This document shows, in pieces, positions 27,843 through 37,560 of a DNA stretch of 64,000 nt; position 1 is the stretch's first letter, and every line of letters begins with the position of its first letter. Origin of the DNA: Alphaproteobacteria bacterium. GTDB taxonomy: Bacteria > Pseudomonadota > Alphaproteobacteria > GCA-2731375. Location of the stretch: the NCBI GenBank assembly GCA_965232515.1, contig CBDDPY010000002.1, forward strand, positions 1,568,001 to 1,632,000. The letters are read 5' to 3'. A model generated the notes under the pieces. It had not been told where the DNA came from. It saw only the letters and a program-made list of their open reading frames with translations, and made no database searches. The position numbers were made by a program, and so were the translations under genes.

Positions 27843-29080
27843 CGGTCACGCACGCCTGGCTGGAAGCGCGCTTCGCCGAGGTCCGGCCGAAGGCGATCGC
27901 CGCGCTGACGCGACAGTTCCGCGACCTGGAGCTGGCCGAGGAAGCCTTCGCGGCAAGCTGTCTGAAAGCGCTGCAGGTCTGGCCGCAACGCGGCCGACCC
28001 GACGATCCGTTCGCCTGGCTGCTGACCGTGGGACGGAATGCCGGCGTCGATATCATCCGCCGCGCATCGCGGACGCGAGACATTCCCGTGCCGGAGACCG
28101 TAAACGACACGCCCGAGGATGATCTGATCGCCGACCTCGATGCCGGCGGCCTGCGTGACGACGTGCTGCGGCTGCTGTTCATCTGTTGCCACCCGGACCT
28201 GACGCCGCGGGACCAGTCGGCGCTGGCGTTGAAGATCGTCGCGGGACTGAGCGTGGCGGAAATCGCCCGCGCCTTCCTGGTGAAGCCGAAAGCCATGGAG
28301 CAGCGCCTGACCCGGGCGAAGCGGATGGCGACCCACGCCAACGTGCCGTTCGAGACCCCGGACCTGGCCGAGCGGCACAATCGCCTCAAGACCGTGTCGC
28401 TGATGGTCTATCTGCTGTTCAACGAAGGCTGGTCGGCAAGCGCCGGCGAGATACAGATCAAAACAGCGCTTTGCGACGAGGCGATCCGGCTGGCGCGGTT
28501 GCTGCTGGCTCTGTTTCCCGGCGTCAGCGAGCTGATGGGCCAGCTGGCGCTGTTCCTGTTCCAGCATTCGCGCCGGCGGGCGCGGATCGACGCGGCCGGC
28601 GATCTGATGCCGCTCGACGATCAGGACCGCACGCTTTGGGACCGATCGATGACCGCAGAAGCGCAGGCGCTGCTGGAAAAGGCGCTGCGCCACGGGGCGC
28701 CAGGCCCCTACCAGATCCAGGCGGCGATCGCCGCTGTGCATGCCGGCGCGCCGGCGGCCGACGACACGGACTGGCACGAGATCGAGCGCCTCTACGCCGC
28801 GCTCTACCTGCTCGAACCGACGGCCGTCGTGAAGCTCAATCACGCCGTCGCCATTGCCAAGGTCGACGGTCCGACCGCCGCGCTCGATATGCTGGCGACG
28901 TTGGCCGACGACCTCGCCGGCTACAAATGGTTCCATACGGCACGGGCGGCGTTCCTGAGCGAGCTTGGCGATTTTCGGCGGGCGAAGGCCGCCTACGAAT
29001 GCGCCATGTCGCTCGAGACGACAACACCCGAGCGCCGGCATCTCTGCCGCAAGATCGCGGCGTGCGAAAAAATGCTCTGA
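27839..29080 (+). CDS. ECF sigma factor with long C-terminal extension (ECF42-type, DUF6596/TPR)
   Basis: LAEEA, WLLTVGRN, LRLLFICCHP, YLLFNEG and GPYQIQAAIAA; coupled to a DGPF gene. Confidence 0.9.
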   Translation: MTVTHAWLEARFAEVRPKAIAALTRQFRDLELAEEAFAASCLKALQVWPQRGRPDDPFAWLLTVGRNAGVDIIRRASRTRDIPVPETVNDTPEDDLIADLDAGGLRDDVLRLLFICCHPDLTPRDQSALALKIVAGLSVAEIARAFLVKPKAMEQRLTRAKRMATHANVPFETPDLAERHNRLKTVSLMVYLLFNEGWSASAGEIQIKTALCDEAIRLARLLLALFPGVSELMGQLALFLFQHSRRRARIDAAGDLMPLDDQDRTLWDRSMTAEAQALLEKALRHGAPGPYQIQAAIAAVHAGAPAADDTDWHEIERLYAALYLLEPTAVVKLNHAVAIAKVDGPTAALDMLATLADDLAGYKWFHTARAAFLSELGDFRRAKAAYECAMSLETTTPERRHLCRKIAACEKML

Positions 29081-29084
29081 TTGC

Positions 29085-29111
29085 TGTCGGATCTTCGTCC
29101 GCCCGCCCGTC
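29085..29111 (+). promoter_or_regulatory. Putative ECF42-type promoter upstream of the VOC gene
   Basis: TGTCGG-N17-CGTC. Confidence 0.55.
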
Positions 29112-29159
29112 CTTGACCTGTCAACACGCTCACGGCAGGACAATCAAACGGAGGACGAC

Positions 29160-29543
29160 ATGGCAAACGAATTGACCACGCCCGGCAACGCAGGCTGGAT
29201 CCAGTATTCGGGACCGGACGCCAACGCGGCGAAGAAGTTCTACAGCGAGGTGATCGGCTGGAACATCGCCGACATGCCGATGCAGGACGGCGGCAGTTTC
29301 GCCGGGATCATGGTCGGCGACGGCCCGATCGGCGGGTTCGCGCCGGTACCGGCGGAGACCGGCGCCTGGACCATCTACGTCACGGTACCCGACGTCGACG
29401 CCAGCTTGAAGAAGGCGACCGCCGCCGGTGCGCAGGTTCTCGATGGCCCGACGGACGCAAAAGGCGTCGGACGCATGGCCACCATCGCCGATCCGCACGG
29501 CGCGCGCATCGCGCTGATCACCTACGAAAGCATGCAAAAATAG
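29160..29543 (+). CDS. VOC/glyoxalase-family protein
   Basis: AAKKFYSEVIGW, WTIYVTVPDVD, GRMATIADPHGA; GGAGG RBS. Confidence 0.9.
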   Translation: MANELTTPGNAGWIQYSGPDANAAKKFYSEVIGWNIADMPMQDGGSFAGIMVGDGPIGGFAPVPAETGAWTIYVTVPDVDASLKKATAAGAQVLDGPTDAKGVGRMATIADPHGARIALITYESMQK

Positions 29544-29610
29544 CGCTCACGAGGACCGGCCGTCGCCGCCCGTGCGGCGGCGGTCGGCATTCGAATTCGA
29601 GGGCTGACGC

Positions 29611-29952
29611 ATGGCCTATGACGAGGAACTTGCCGGACGCTTCTACAGCGCCGCCGAGGGCATGGTCGACATCACGGAAAAGCGGATGATGGGCGGGATC
29701 TGCTTTTTTCTGAACGGCAACATGCTGGGCGGTTGCGACCGCGCGAAGACCGGCGAGCGGCGCTTCATGTTCAGGGTCGGCAAGGAGAACGAGACCGAAG
29801 CTCTCAGCCGCCCCGGCGCCGTGCCCATGAAATTCACGGGCCGCCGCATGGGCGGGCTGGTGTTCGTCGACGAAGCCGCCTGCGACAGGCAAGCGCTGCG
29901 GGATTGGATCGCGCTCGCCCTTCGCTTCGTCTCGACCCTGCCCGCGAAATAG
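29611..29952 (+). CDS. TfoX/Sxy N-terminal-domain protein
   Basis: MAYDEELA, EKRMMGGICF.LNGNM, FTGRRMGG. Confidence 0.85.
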   Translation: MAYDEELAGRFYSAAEGMVDITEKRMMGGICFFLNGNMLGGCDRAKTGERRFMFRVGKENETEALSRPGAVPMKFTGRRMGGLVFVDEAACDRQALRDWIALALRFVSTLPAK

Positions 29953-29965
29953 TGACGTCGCCGCT

Positions 29966-30874
29966 TCAGCCAACCGCGACGGCGGCCCCGTCGATTTCGT
30001 CCCAGATGCGGTCGAGGCCGGGGCGCGCGGGATTGCGCGGGGCGTAGACGGCGATGTGCATGTCGTAAGGCGGCGCCACTTCGGCGATGGGCGCGAGGCG
30101 GCCCTGCGCCAGATCGTCGGCGATGAGCGAGCGCGGCAGCCAGGCGGCCCCGAGGCCGCCGACCGCCATCTCCCGGATGCCGAAGGCGAAGGCCGAGACG
30201 CAGACCGTTTCGACGCGGTAACGCCGCATCATCTCGGGCATGCGGGTCTTCCAAAGCAGCTCGCCGAAAAAGCTGTCCTGCGGATAGCCGATCAGCGGCA
30301 GATGCGCGCCCTCGCCCGCGCCGAACGGTGGCGCCCCGCCGTGATCAGCCGCGCCGACCAGCATGAGCTGCTCGGCGCCCAGGAGCTTGCGCCGCGCCGT
30401 CGTCGGTGGGATTTCGGTCGGCGTATCGCCGGCCTCGTAGCACATCAGGAAATCCGCCTCGCCGCGCAGGAACATCACCACGCAATCGTTCTTGTTGGCC
30501 GAACGCACGCGATAGGTCTGTTCGAAACCGCGCTGTTCCAGTCCGTCGATCAGCGACGGCAGGTAGTAGGTGGCGAGGCTGTGCTGGACCGCGAGCGTCA
30601 CCCTGACCTCGCCGCTTTGCTCGGCCCTGAGGCGGCTGCGCAACTCGTAAAGCGAGGCGACGAGATGGCGAAACTCGGCTTCGTTTTCGACCGCCACGAC
30701 GGTCGGCCGGAGCGGCTTGTAGGCGCGGTCGACAAGCGTCGCGCCGAGCCAGTTTTCCAGCGCCTGAATACGGCGCGAAAATGCCGGCTGGCTGACATGG
30801 CGGCGGGCCGCAGCGGCGGAAAAGCTCCGGGTCTCCATCAGAACCAGGAAGTCCTCAAGCCATTTCAGTTCCAT
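29966..30874 (-). CDS. LysR-family regulator, divergent from cuyA
   Basis: MELKWLEDF..SFSAAA.RHVSQPAFSRRIQALE. Confidence 0.93.
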   Translation of the reverse strand: MELKWLEDFLVLMETRSFSAAAARRHVSQPAFSRRIQALENWLGATLVDRAYKPLRPTVVAVENEAEFRHLVASLYELRSRLRAEQSGEVRVTLAVQHSLATYYLPSLIDGLEQRGFEQTYRVRSANKNDCVVMFLRGEADFLMCYEAGDTPTEIPPTTARRKLLGAEQLMLVGAADHGGAPPFGAGEGAHLPLIGYPQDSFFGELLWKTRMPEMMRRYRVETVCVSAFAFGIREMAVGGLGAAWLPRSLIADDLAQGRLAPIAEVAPPYDMHIAVYAPRNPARPGLDRIWDEIDGAAVAVG

Positions 30875-31080
30875 CGTCGGTTTCCAGGTGCCGCCAAACT
30901 ATGCAAAAAAATTATAATATTGAATGGAATTGGCATTGGATAGAGATCGATTTCCGGGTTTTACTCCTGGTAAATCTCAAAAGAGATAGATGATTAGTGC
31001 TTTCTGATGGATCGGCTCCGGCAATTTCGGCCGAAGCGCCAAGGATCGTCGCAACATCATCATGCGCAGGGAGAATAATC

Positions 31081-32094
31081 ATGAACCTGGCCAGGTTTCC
31101 CCGGCTGCGCTTCGGGCACTTTCCGACACCGCTTGAGCCCATGCAGCGACTGACCGAACTGCTGGACGGTCCTCGGCTCTGGATCAAGCGCGACGACTGC
31201 ACCGGCCTGTCGACCGGCGGCAATAAGACCCGCAAGCTGGAATACCTGATGGCGGACGCCCTGGAGCAAGGCGCCGACACCATCGTGACCCAGGGCGCGA
31301 CGCAGTCGAACCACGCGCGGCAGACGGCGGCGATCGCGGCCAAGCTGGGCCTTGCCTGCCACATCCTGCTGGAGGACCGCACCGGCTACGACGACGCCGA
31401 GTACACGTTGAACGGCAATGTGCTGTTGGATCGACTGCACGGCGCCAGCGTGTCGAAGCGGCCCGGCGGCGCGGACATGAATGTCGAGATGGCGGCGCTG
31501 GCCGAGACGCTGAAGGCCGAGGGCCAAAAGCCCTATGTGATCCCCGGCGGCGGCTCCAACCCGATCGGCGCGCTGGGTTACGTGAACGCGGCGCTGGAAC
31601 TGACCTATCAGGCCGGCGAGAACGGCCTTAACATCGGCCATATCGTGCACGCGACGGGTAGCGCGGGCACCCAGGCCGGTCTGGTGACGGGTCTGAAGGC
31701 GATCAACGCGGGCGTCCCGGTGCTTGGCATCGGCGTCCGTGCGCCGAAAGAAAAGCAAGAAGAAAACGTATTTGCGCTGGCTCAGGCGACCGCCGAGCGG
31801 ATGGGCCTGGACGGAGTCGTCGAGCGGACCGATGTGGTGGCGAACTGCGACTATGTGGGTCAGGGCTACGGCATTCCGACAGAAGGCATGGTGGCGGCGG
31901 TGAAGCTGCTGGCCGAGACCGAGGGCATCCTGCTGGACCCCGTCTATTCCGGCAAAGGCATGGCCGGCCTGATCGACCAGATCAAACGCGGGTATTTCGA
32001 GAAGGACTCCGACGTCGTCTTCATTCACACCGGCGGCGCGGCGGCCTTGTTCGGCTATCCGAACGCCTTCGACCTGCCGGGCTACACGTCTTAA
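31081..32094 (+). CDS. cuyA: Cysteate sulfo-lyase (CuyA; D-cysteine desulfhydrase/ACC deaminase family, PLP)
   Basis: [42 protein letters not shown] and [14 protein letters not shown] match Roseobacter CuyA as I recall it. Confidence 0.82.
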   Translation: MNLARFPRLRFGHFPTPLEPMQRLTELLDGPRLWIKRDDCTGLSTGGNKTRKLEYLMADALEQGADTIVTQGATQSNHARQTAAIAAKLGLACHILLEDRTGYDDAEYTLNGNVLLDRLHGASVSKRPGGADMNVEMAALAETLKAEGQKPYVIPGGGSNPIGALGYVNAALELTYQAGENGLNIGHIVHATGSAGTQAGLVTGLKAINAGVPVLGIGVRAPKEKQEENVFALAQATAERMGLDGVVERTDVVANCDYVGQGYGIPTEGMVAAVKLLAETEGILLDPVYSGKGMAGLIDQIKRGYFEKDSDVVFIHTGGAAALFGYPNAFDLPGYTS

Positions 32095-32122
32095 GCGAGG
32101 TGATGCGAACGAGGACGGGACG

Positions 32123-33430
32123 ATGCAGTACGTCAAGAGAGCCGCGGCCGATCCCGCGACCGAGGACCGCAAGATCCGCGAGACGGTCGAGCAGATGCTG
32201 GCCGACATCGAGCGCCGCCGCGAGGATTCCGTCGTCGAGTACGCGGCCAAGTTCGACGGCTGGCACGGCGATTTCATCCTGTCCGAGACCAAGAAACGGG
32301 CCCTGATCGACAGCGTCGACGACGGGGTCAAAGACGACATTCAGTTCGCCCACCGACAGGTCACGCGCTTCGCCGAGGCGCAGCGCGACAGCCTGCAGGC
32401 GTTCGAAATCGAGACCGAACCCGGCGTGCGCCTGGGCCAGCGGGTGGCGCCGGTGGACGCCGCCGGCTGCTACGTGCCGGGCGGCCGCTACGCGCACGCG
32501 GCCTCGGCCATCATGAGCGTGGCCACGGCCAAGGTCGCCGGCGTGCCCGACATCACCGCCTGCACGCCGCCGCGGGGCGAAGCGATCAACGCGGCGGTGG
32601 CCTATGCCATGGCGCTGTCGGGCGCCGACACCATTCTGGAGATGGGCGGCGTGCACGCGGTCGCGACCATGGCGTTCGGTCTGTTCGGCTGCCGCGAGGC
32701 CGACATCCTGGTCGGGCCCGGCAACGCCTATGTCGCGGAGGCGAAGCGCATCCTGTTCGGACGGGTCGGCATCGACGTGTTCGCCGGCCCGACCGAGTCG
32801 GCCATCATCGCGGACGACAGCGCCGATCCGATGACCATCGCCGTCGATCTGGTATCGCAGGCGGAGCACGGACCGACCTCCCCGGTCTGGCTGTTTACGA
32901 CTTCGCGTGCGCTGGCGGAAAAGGTCGCGGAGGTCGTTCCGATGGTGGCCGACGATATGCCGAACGTCGACGTGGTGCGGACGGCCTGGCGCGACTACGG
33001 CGAGATCATCCTGTGCGACAGCCGCGAGGAGGTCGTCGCGGTGAGCGACCGATACGCCTCGGAACACCTGCAGGTGCTGGCCGACGACCTCGACTGGTGG
33101 CGCGACAATCTCGGCAATTACGGCTCGCTGTTCCTGGGCGAAGGCTCGACGGTGACGCACGGCGACAAATGCGCCGGCACCAACCACATCCTGCCGACGC
33201 GACGTGCCGGTCGCTATTCCGGCGGCCTGAACGTGCACAAGTTCATGAAGGTGCTGACCTACCAGCAGCTTGACGAAGAGGCGAACAAGACCTTCAGCGC
33301 CGTCGGCTCGCGGATCTCGCGGGTCGAGGGCATGGAGGGCCACGCGCGGGCCTGCGACTGGCGGTTGCGCAAGTTCTTCCCCGGCGAGAACTGGTCCTTC
33401 GATGTCTACGATCAGAAGCGCTACGACTGA
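32123..33430 (+). CDS. Histidinol dehydrogenase paralog (HpsN-like sulfonate alcohol dehydrogenase)
   Basis: GCYVPGGRY, GPGNAYV, SQAEH, SEHL, GDKCAGTNH, EGMEGHA. GDK (not GDY) and PGGRY are the HpsN-type pattern; no his genes nearby. Confidence 0.85.
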   Translation: MQYVKRAAADPATEDRKIRETVEQMLADIERRREDSVVEYAAKFDGWHGDFILSETKKRALIDSVDDGVKDDIQFAHRQVTRFAEAQRDSLQAFEIETEPGVRLGQRVAPVDAAGCYVPGGRYAHAASAIMSVATAKVAGVPDITACTPPRGEAINAAVAYAMALSGADTILEMGGVHAVATMAFGLFGCREADILVGPGNAYVAEAKRILFGRVGIDVFAGPTESAIIADDSADPMTIAVDLVSQAEHGPTSPVWLFTTSRALAEKVAEVVPMVADDMPNVDVVRTAWRDYGEIILCDSREEVVAVSDRYASEHLQVLADDLDWWRDNLGNYGSLFLGEGSTVTHGDKCAGTNHILPTRRAGRYSGGLNVHKFMKVLTYQQLDEEANKTFSAVGSRISRVEGMEGHARACDWRLRKFFPGENWSFDVYDQKRYD

Positions 33431-33439
33431 GACGGTCCG

Positions 33440-34627
33440 GTGAAGACCTTCACGAAATCCTTCACCCAGCAGGAGCCGATCCCGGAGGCCGCGATCGCCC
33501 GGGCCGTCGCGGTCATGCAGTCGGGCAAGCTGCACCGCTACAACACGGACCCGGGCGAAGAGTCGGAGGCCGCCGCGCTGGAACGGGAATACGCCGCCTA
33601 TCAGGGCAGCGACTATTGTCTCGCCTGCGCATCGGGGGGATACGCCCTGCATGTCGCCCTGCGCGCGGCGGGGCTGAAGGCGGGTGAACCGGTGCTGGCG
33701 AACGCCTATACGCTGGCGCCGGTGCCGGGCGCGATCCACAACGCCGGCGGCAAGCCGGTGTTCGTCGAGATCGACGAGAACTGGCATATCGACACCGATG
33801 ACCTCGCCGCCAAGGCCGCGGCCAGCGGCGCGCGCTTTCTGATGCTGTCGCACATGCGCGGCCATATCGGCGACATGGACGCCATCGTCCGAGTTTGCGA
33901 CGACTTCGGCCTGATCCTGATCGAGGACTGCGCGCATACCATGGGCGCGCGCTGGAACGGCGTGCGCTCGGGCAACTTCGGCCGCGTCGCCTGCTTCAGC
34001 ACGCAGACCTACAAGCACCTGAATTCGGGCGAAGGCGGGTTTCTGACCACCAACGACGCCGAGATCGCGGCGCGGGCAGTGGTGCATTCGGGCTCCTACA
34101 TGCTCTATGCCCGGCATGGCGCGGCGCCGGCGGAGGACGTCTTTCAAGGCGTCCGTCTGGAAACACCGAACTATAGCGGCCGCATGGACAACCTGCGGGC
34201 GGCGATCCTGCGGCCGCAACTGCAACAGCTCGACGAGAGCTGCGCGCGCTGGAACGCCCGCTACCGGGTGCTGGAACAGGGCCTGCGGCAGATCAACAGC
34301 ATTCACGTGCCCGAGCGCGCGCCGGCCGAGGACTATGTCGGCAGCTCGATCCAATTCCGCCCCGAGACGCTCGGCGCCGCGGGCATGCCGGTGTTCCTCG
34401 AGCGCTGCGCCGAACGCGGCGTCGAGATCAAATGGTTCGGCGACCCCGAACCGAAGGCCTTCACGAGCAGGTTCGACAGCTGGCGGTATCTGAGCCCGAC
34501 AGCGGAATTGCCGCGCACGCTCGCGGTGTTGTCGACGACCTGCGACATGAGGGTGCCGTTGACGTTCAGCGAGGACGACTGCCGCCTGATCGTCGACATC
34601 GTCGCGGAGGTCATGACCGACCTCTAA
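33440..34627 (+). CDS. DegT/DnrJ/EryC1/StrS-family PLP enzyme
   Basis: IEDCAH and FSTQTYKHLNSGEGG (PLP lysine); GTG start 9 bp after the upstream stop. Confidence 0.9.
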   Translation: MKTFTKSFTQQEPIPEAAIARAVAVMQSGKLHRYNTDPGEESEAAALEREYAAYQGSDYCLACASGGYALHVALRAAGLKAGEPVLANAYTLAPVPGAIHNAGGKPVFVEIDENWHIDTDDLAAKAAASGARFLMLSHMRGHIGDMDAIVRVCDDFGLILIEDCAHTMGARWNGVRSGNFGRVACFSTQTYKHLNSGEGGFLTTNDAEIAARAVVHSGSYMLYARHGAAPAEDVFQGVRLETPNYSGRMDNLRAAILRPQLQQLDESCARWNARYRVLEQGLRQINSIHVPERAPAEDYVGSSIQFRPETLGAAGMPVFLERCAERGVEIKWFGDPEPKAFTSRFDSWRYLSPTAELPRTLAVLSTTCDMRVPLTFSEDDCRLIVDIVAEVMTDL

Positions 34628-34666
34628 CCACCACCTACCCACGCATAGAAGCCAGGGAGGCAGACA

Positions 34667-35659
34667 ATGATGATGCGTAAACTGTTGATGACGGCCGCGA
34701 TCGTATCGCTGGCCATCACCGGGACCGGCGCGGTCGAGGCGAAGACGCTGAAGCTGGGTATGGGCGATCCGCTCGAGTCCGATCAGGGCGCGCTCGCCAA
34801 ACGCTTCAAGGAGCTGGTCGAGGGCTATTCCGGCGGCAAGATGGAAGTCCAGCTGTTCCCGGGCGGCGCGCTGGGCGCGGAAACCGAGATGCTGCAGAAC
34901 GCCCGCATGGGCTCGCTCGACTTCGCGCTGGTGGGCATCGGCAATGTGACGCCGTTCGCCAAGGAGCTGGGCGCCTTGACCATGCCTTACATGATCGAGA
35001 ACACCAGCGACGCGGTGAAGCTGACCACCGGCCATCTCGGCGACAAGTGGAACGAGATCGCCAACAAGGCTGGCCTGCATATCGTCAGCTGGACCTATTC
35101 CAACTTCCGTTTTCTCACGAACTCGGTGCGTCCGGTCACCAAGCTCGACGAGATCCGCGGCATGAAGGTACGCGTGCCGCAGAACAAGATCATGCTGGCG
35201 ACGTACGAGGCCTGGGGCGCCTCGCCGATCGCCATGGCCTGGCCGGAGGTGTTCACGGCGTTGCAGCAGGGCGTGATCGACGGCCAGGACAATCCCTACA
35301 TCGTCAACTACACGATGAAGTTCCATGAGGTGCAGAAGCACGTCACGGAAGTGCACTACAACTACTCACTGCAGCCGCTGGTCACCGGCGTTCGCAGCTT
35401 CGCCAAGTTCTCCGACGAAGAGCGGCAGATGATCGCGCGCGCCGGCCTGGAAGCACAGCTCTACTCGCTGATGTTCCAGCTGCAGGAAGCCGACAAGGCA
35501 AAGCAGGGCATGATCCGCGGCGGCGTCGAGGTGCATGCGCTGCAGGACGAGGATCAGTGGATCCAGATCGCCAAGTCCAAGGTCTGGCCGCAGTTCTATG
35601 ACGAGGTCGGCGGCAAGGACTTCGTCGACTCCGTGATGAAGGAGCTCGGCAAGCAGTAA
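34667..35659 (+). CDS. dctP: TRAP substrate-binding protein (DctP)
   Basis: Signal peptide, GALGAETEM, KVRVP, EVFTALQQGVIDGQDN. Confidence 0.92.
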   Translation: MMMRKLLMTAAIVSLAITGTGAVEAKTLKLGMGDPLESDQGALAKRFKELVEGYSGGKMEVQLFPGGALGAETEMLQNARMGSLDFALVGIGNVTPFAKELGALTMPYMIENTSDAVKLTTGHLGDKWNEIANKAGLHIVSWTYSNFRFLTNSVRPVTKLDEIRGMKVRVPQNKIMLATYEAWGASPIAMAWPEVFTALQQGVIDGQDNPYIVNYTMKFHEVQKHVTEVHYNYSLQPLVTGVRSFAKFSDEERQMIARAGLEAQLYSLMFQLQEADKAKQGMIRGGVEVHALQDEDQWIQIAKSKVWPQFYDEVGGKDFVDSVMKELGKQ

Positions 35660-35670
35660 GAGCCGGTTTA

Positions 35671-35700
35671 GGGAGGCACGGTGGCATCGCCGTGCCTCCC
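35671..35700. other. Intercistronic hairpin after the binding-protein gene
   Basis: GGGAGGCACGG-tggcatcg-CCGTGCCTCCC. Confidence 0.6.
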
Positions 35701-35723
35701 TGTCCTTGGGGGAGGCGATAACA

Positions 35724-36248
35724 ATGAAATATCTAAACAATATCGAAGATTACATTTGTCGATTTCTGCTCACGCTTTTTGTCACCCTGCTGTTCGTTCA
35801 GGTCGTGCTGCGGACCGTCTTCGGCTGGGGCCTGCCCTGGATCGAAGAACTTTCGCGGTTCGCTTTCGTCTGGTTCGCCTTCCTGGGCGCCGCGCACGCG
35901 GCCAAGCTGAACGCGCATAACCGCGTCGAGGTCCACCTCAAGCTGCTGCCCAAGCGGGTCTACCAGACGATCATCATGATCGCGGACCTGCTGTGGATCG
36001 CCTTCAATATCGCCATCGTCTGGAAGAGCTGGGAGGTCATCCAGGGCCTGCTCGAGTTCCCCTATATCTCGCCGGCGCTCGAATGGTCGATGGCCTACAT
36101 CTACATGATCTTTCCGATCGCGTTTGTGCTGCTGTCGTTCCGCACGCTGCAGGTCGACTATCACCGCTTCATCAAGGGCGAGGAGCTGGTCGACGCGGAT
36201 CAGGCCGAGATCGACGAGATCTCGAAAACCGCCGCCGAAACGCGCTGA
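35724..36248 (+). CDS. dctQ: TRAP small permease (DctQ)
   Basis: QVVLR, WIEELSRF, HNRV; GGAGG RBS. Confidence 0.9.
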   Translation: MKYLNNIEDYICRFLLTLFVTLLFVQVVLRTVFGWGLPWIEELSRFAFVWFAFLGAAHAAKLNAHNRVEVHLKLLPKRVYQTIIMIADLLWIAFNIAIVWKSWEVIQGLLEFPYISPALEWSMAYIYMIFPIAFVLLSFRTLQVDYHRFIKGEELVDADQAEIDEISKTAAETR

Positions 36249-36259
36249 GGAGCAGAGCC

Positions 36260-37543
36260 ATGAACGTCACGCTGCTGCTGTTCGGGTCGTTCGGCCTGAT
36301 GCTCTTCATGGGCACGCCGATCGTGGTCGCGCTGGGCGCCTCGGCGCTCGCCGTCTATGTGCTGACCGATCAGGACTTCTCGTCGCTGATCGTGCTGGCT
36401 TACAACGCCGTCGACTCCTTCCCGATCATGGCGCTGCCGGCCTTCATCCTGTCGGGCGCGCTGATGGGCGACGCCGGCATCTCGCGCCGGCTGATCCGCG
36501 TCGCCGAGGCGCTGGCCGGCAATGCCGCGGGCGGCCTCGCCGCCGCGGCGATCCTGTCCTGCATGTTCTTCGGCGCGGTCTCGGGCTCGGGCCCGGCGAC
36601 CACGGCCGCGATCAGCATGCTGCTGGTGCCGGCCATGGTGAACCGCGGCTACAAGGCGTCCTATGCCGCCGCCGTGACGGCGTCTGCCGGCGGCCTCGGC
36701 ATCATCATTCCGCCCAGCATCCCGATGGTGATCTACGGCGTCACCGCCAGCCAGTCGATCTCGAAGCTGTTCCTGGCCGGCGTCATTCCCGGCACGATCC
36801 TGGCCGTGTCGCTGCTGACCATCAACTATATCCGCGCCAAGCGGCTCGGCTACCGCTCAGACGACGACGGGACCGAGCGGGAGCCCGTGTGGAAGGTCCT
36901 GAAGGACGCGAGCTGGTCGCTGATGGCGCCGCTGGTAATCCTGGGCGGCATCTATTCGGGCTTCTTCACGCCGACCGAGGCGGCCGTCGTCGCGGTGTTC
37001 TATTCGCTGTTCGTCGGCGTGGTCATACATCGCGAGACGACCTGGGCTGGTGTGCGGCACGCGCTGGAGAGCACGACCTGGCTGACCGGCCGCGTGCTGA
37101 TCATCATGTTCGCGGCGACCGCCTTCGGGCGCGTGCTGGTCGAGAACCAGATCCCGACCGTGATCGCCGAATACATCATCGGGCTGACCGACAGCCTGTT
37201 CCTGATCTGGATCGTGGTCATCGCCTTCCTGCTGGTGCTCGGCATGTTCATGGAGACGCTGGCGATGATCCTGATCGTCACGCCGGTTCTGCTGCCGGTG
37301 ATGGTGGCGTTCGGCGTCGACCCGATCCACTTCGGCGTGGTGCTGGTCTGCTGCTGCCTGATCGGCTTCTCGACCCCGCCGCTGGGCGAGAACATGTTCA
37401 TCGCCTCCAGCATCGCCAAGGTGACGATCGAGGAAATCTCGGTGAAGGCGATCCCCTGCGTCGTGGCCATGATCATCGCCGTCATCGTGATTGCGATGGT
37501 CCCGGAACTGAGCCTATGGTTCCCCGCCCTCTTTGGCTTCTAG
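36260..37543 (+). CDS. dctM: TRAP large permease (DctM)
   Basis: SFPIMALP.FIL.G, SGSGPAT, IIPPSIPM, STPPLG. Confidence 0.92.
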   Translation: MNVTLLLFGSFGLMLFMGTPIVVALGASALAVYVLTDQDFSSLIVLAYNAVDSFPIMALPAFILSGALMGDAGISRRLIRVAEALAGNAAGGLAAAAILSCMFFGAVSGSGPATTAAISMLLVPAMVNRGYKASYAAAVTASAGGLGIIIPPSIPMVIYGVTASQSISKLFLAGVIPGTILAVSLLTINYIRAKRLGYRSDDDGTEREPVWKVLKDASWSLMAPLVILGGIYSGFFTPTEAAVVAVFYSLFVGVVIHRETTWAGVRHALESTTWLTGRVLIIMFAATAFGRVLVENQIPTVIAEYIIGLTDSLFLIWIVVIAFLLVLGMFMETLAMILIVTPVLLPVMVAFGVDPIHFGVVLVCCCLIGFSTPPLGENMFIASSIAKVTIEEISVKAIPCVVAMIIAVIVIAMVPELSLWFPALFGF

Positions 37544-37560
37544 ACGCGACGGACGAGCGG

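Noticed and set aside
32123-33430. Calling this gene hisD or hpsN
   Set aside because: No his genes or hpsO/hpsP nearby and the motifs are non-HisD; the substrate is unproven, so no symbol is given.
32021-35356. 1111-aa minus-strand ORF
   Set aside because: Antisense shadow of the HisD-like, DegT and DctP genes; no motifs. Long shadow frames are expected at this GC content.
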